From Rectinemataceae bacterium (GTDB lineage: Bacteria > Spirochaetota > Spirochaetia > Treponematales > Rectinemataceae), in assembly GCA_035560555.1 (NCBI GenBank), contig DATMZF010000029.1, positions 4,764-68,763 on the forward strand: a DNA stretch of 64,000 nt, written 5' to 3'. Below the pieces are notes generated by a model. That model saw only the letters and a program-made list of their open reading frames with translations, did not search any database and had not been told where the DNA came from. Below are positions 62,600 to 64,000 of this stretch, piece by piece; position 1 is the first letter of the stretch, and every line of letters begins with the position of its first letter. The position numbers and the translations under genes were made by a program.

Positions 62600-64000
62600 A
62601 TGCGGCATGACGTAGTAATCGTGGGCGGCGGGATGGCGGGCCTCACCGCCGCGGCCTTCCTGTGCAAGGCTGGCCTCGGAACGATCCTCCTTGAAAAAGA
62701 AAAAAACGTCGGCGGCCTCGTCACTTCCTTCAGCCGCGGCGGCTTCACCTTCGACGGCGGGATCCGCGCGATAGAAAATTCCGGCATAGTCCTCCCGATG
62801 CTGAAGCGGCTCGGGATAGACCTCGACTTTCTCCCGAGTCCCGTATCGATAGGGTTTGGCGACGAGATCGTCAGGCTTTCCTCCGGCGAAAGCCTGAAGG
62901 ATTACAGCGACCTCCTCTGCCGCGTGTTTCCGGACAACCAGGCCGACGTGAAGGCCATCATTGGCGAAATCGCCCGGGTGATGGAGTACATGGACGTGCT
63001 GTACGGCATCGACAATCCGCTCTTCCTCGACCTCAAGAACGACCCCCAGTATGTCTTCAAGACCATCCTGCCCTGGATGATCAAGTATATCCGAACAATG
63101 CCCAAGGTCGGCCGGCTCGCCATGCCCGTGGACGAATATCTCGCGAAGTTCACTTCCAGCCAGCCACTCATCGATATGTTCGGCCAGCATTTCTTCAGGA
63201 AAACGCCCACCTTCTTCGCCTTGAGCTATTTCAGCCTCTACCTGGACTATAAATATCCCAGGGGAGGGACGGGCGCCCTGCCCGCGAAGCTTGAGGAATA
63301 CATCCTCGCGCATGGCGGGGAAATTAAAAAAGAGACCGAAGTGACCGGCCTCGATCCCGACGCGGGCGAGATCCGGGACTCCAGAGGCGTCGAGTATTCG
63401 TACGGGAGGCTGGTATGGGCGGCCGACTGCAGGGCGCTCTACCGCTGTCTCGATCTGAAAAGGATAGGAGAAGGCGGCCTCCCCGCCAAGGCGAAAAAAG
63501 CCATCGAGGAAAAAGCCATCGAGGTGGCGGACAAACGCGGGGGCGATTCCATCTTCACGCTCAATCTCGCCCTGGATCTCCCGCCCGACTATTTTTCGCG
63601 GATCGCCAGCGCCCATTTCTTCTACACGCCCCTCACGAAAGGACTCTCCTCGGTCCCCTGGGCGGAACTCGAGGTCCCCGGCGAAGGGCGCGTTTCATCA
63701 GGCGCACCCAGCAGCGCGTTCTCCGCGGGCCAGCCTTCCCTGACGGGAGACAAGCGGAAGCTCTTCGACTGGCTCGGGCGCTACCTGGACCGCAGCACCT
63801 ACGAGATATCCTGCCCTGCCTTGAGGGACCCAAGCCTGGCGCCGGAGGGGAAGACGGGGCTCATCATCAGTTCGCTCATGGATTATTCCCTGGTCAGACA
63901 TTTCAGGGACCTGGGCTGGTACGAGGAATTCAAGGAATTCTGCGCCTCCCGCGTCGTGGAGGCGCTGGAAGCGTCGATCTTCCCCGGACTGAAAGCCGCC
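62600..64000 (+). CDS. CrtI / phytoene-desaturase-family NAD(P)/FAD-dependent oxidoreductase, 3' partial
   Basis: This gene is not in the supplied ORF track because it has no stop before the window end. My own translation from ATG 62600 (GGGGG upstream) reads MRHDVVIVGGGMAGLTAAAFLCKAGLGTILLEKEKNVGGL...GGFTFDGG... It stays open for 467 codons to nt 64000. The N-terminal dinucleotide-binding motif and overall pattern are typical of the family. Confidence 0.8.
   Translation, partial: MRHDVVIVGGGMAGLTAAAFLCKAGLGTILLEKEKNVGGLVTSFSRGGFTFDGGIRAIENSGIVLPMLKRLGIDLDFLPSPVSIGFGDEIVRLSSGESLKDYSDLLCRVFPDNQADVKAIIGEIARVMEYMDVLYGIDNPLFLDLKNDPQYVFKTILPWMIKYIRTMPKVGRLAMPVDEYLAKFTSSQPLIDMFGQHFFRKTPTFFALSYFSLYLDYKYPRGGTGALPAKLEEYILAHGGEIKKETEVTGLDPDAGEIRDSRGVEYSYGRLVWAADCRALYRCLDLKRIGEGGLPAKAKKAIEEKAIEVADKRGGDSIFTLNLALDLPPDYFSRIASAHFFYTPLTKGLSSVPWAELEVPGEGRVSSGAPSSAFSAGQPSLTGDKRKLFDWLGRYLDRSTYEISCPALRDPSLAPEGKTGLIISSLMDYSLVRHFRDLGWYEEFKEFCASRVVEALEASIFPGLKAA

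Noticed and set aside
1-64000. Mobile elements, prophage, CRISPR arrays, tRNA or rRNA genes
   Set aside because: I recognised no transposase, integrase or recombinase motifs, no regularly spaced direct repeats with spacers, and no cloverleaf-like or rRNA-like segments in the intergenic regions. A small ncRNA could easily be missed by eye.

Overview
This is a gene-dense, high-GC bacterial chromosomal segment (about 60% GC by eye, with AT-rich pockets only in intergenic regions). I recognised no rRNA, tRNA, CRISPR array, transposase, integrase or phage genes. Most of the window is uptake and catabolic modules.

(1) Three paralogous Opp/Dpp-type ABC operons with family-5 binding proteins, each carrying different enzymes:
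- nt 2-6802: a cytoplasmic M14 carboxypeptidase sits between the permease and ATPase genes.
- nt 36632-44528: the operon ends in two tandem alanine-dehydrogenase-family paralogs.
- nt 49693-57464 (minus strand): a creatininase-family gene leads the operon, and a carbon-nitrogen hydrolase and an RraA/aldolase-like gene end it. A LacI-family regulator lies alongside.

(2) A GntR/FadR-controlled TctCBA (tripartite tricarboxylate transporter) locus, nt 16968-26919. It also encodes URO-D-family, opine-dehydrogenase-family and cysteine-desulfidase-like proteins, glycerol kinase and an unassigned repeat protein. Two sigma70-like promoters in this locus share an identical 14-mer palindromic operator candidate.

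(3) Three PlsC-like acyltransferase paralogs. One is translationally coupled to a GPH/MFSD2A-like MFS transporter and one to CorA. Two of them carry a conserved zinc ribbon.

(4) Envelope and surface proteins:
- a Cthe_2159-like beta-helix protein with a PPEGW-repeat tail;
- an ice-binding-like (DUF3494) lipoprotein;
- a 15-16 aa tandem-repeat surface protein;
- an ApbE lipoprotein next to an exported nitroreductase-like protein.

(5) The right end of the window, which I consider the most novel candidate system. A flavodoxin-fold gene overlaps (ATGA) a roughly 745-aa cobalamin-domain-like radical SAM gene with an atypical CX4CX2C cysteine cluster. A CrtI/phytoene-desaturase-type FAD oxidoreductase is transcribed divergently from them. 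That oxidoreductase gene runs off the window and is missing from the supplied ORF track.

Other content: an orphan rsmH with a basic N-terminal extension, a bacterial RRM RNA-binding protein with a strong terminator, and a low-GC gene-decay pocket at nt 58425-59433.

Many long ORFs in the track are antisense or out-of-frame artefacts typical of high-GC DNA, and I rejected them. All functional calls come from motif-level recognition by eye. No database search was run.
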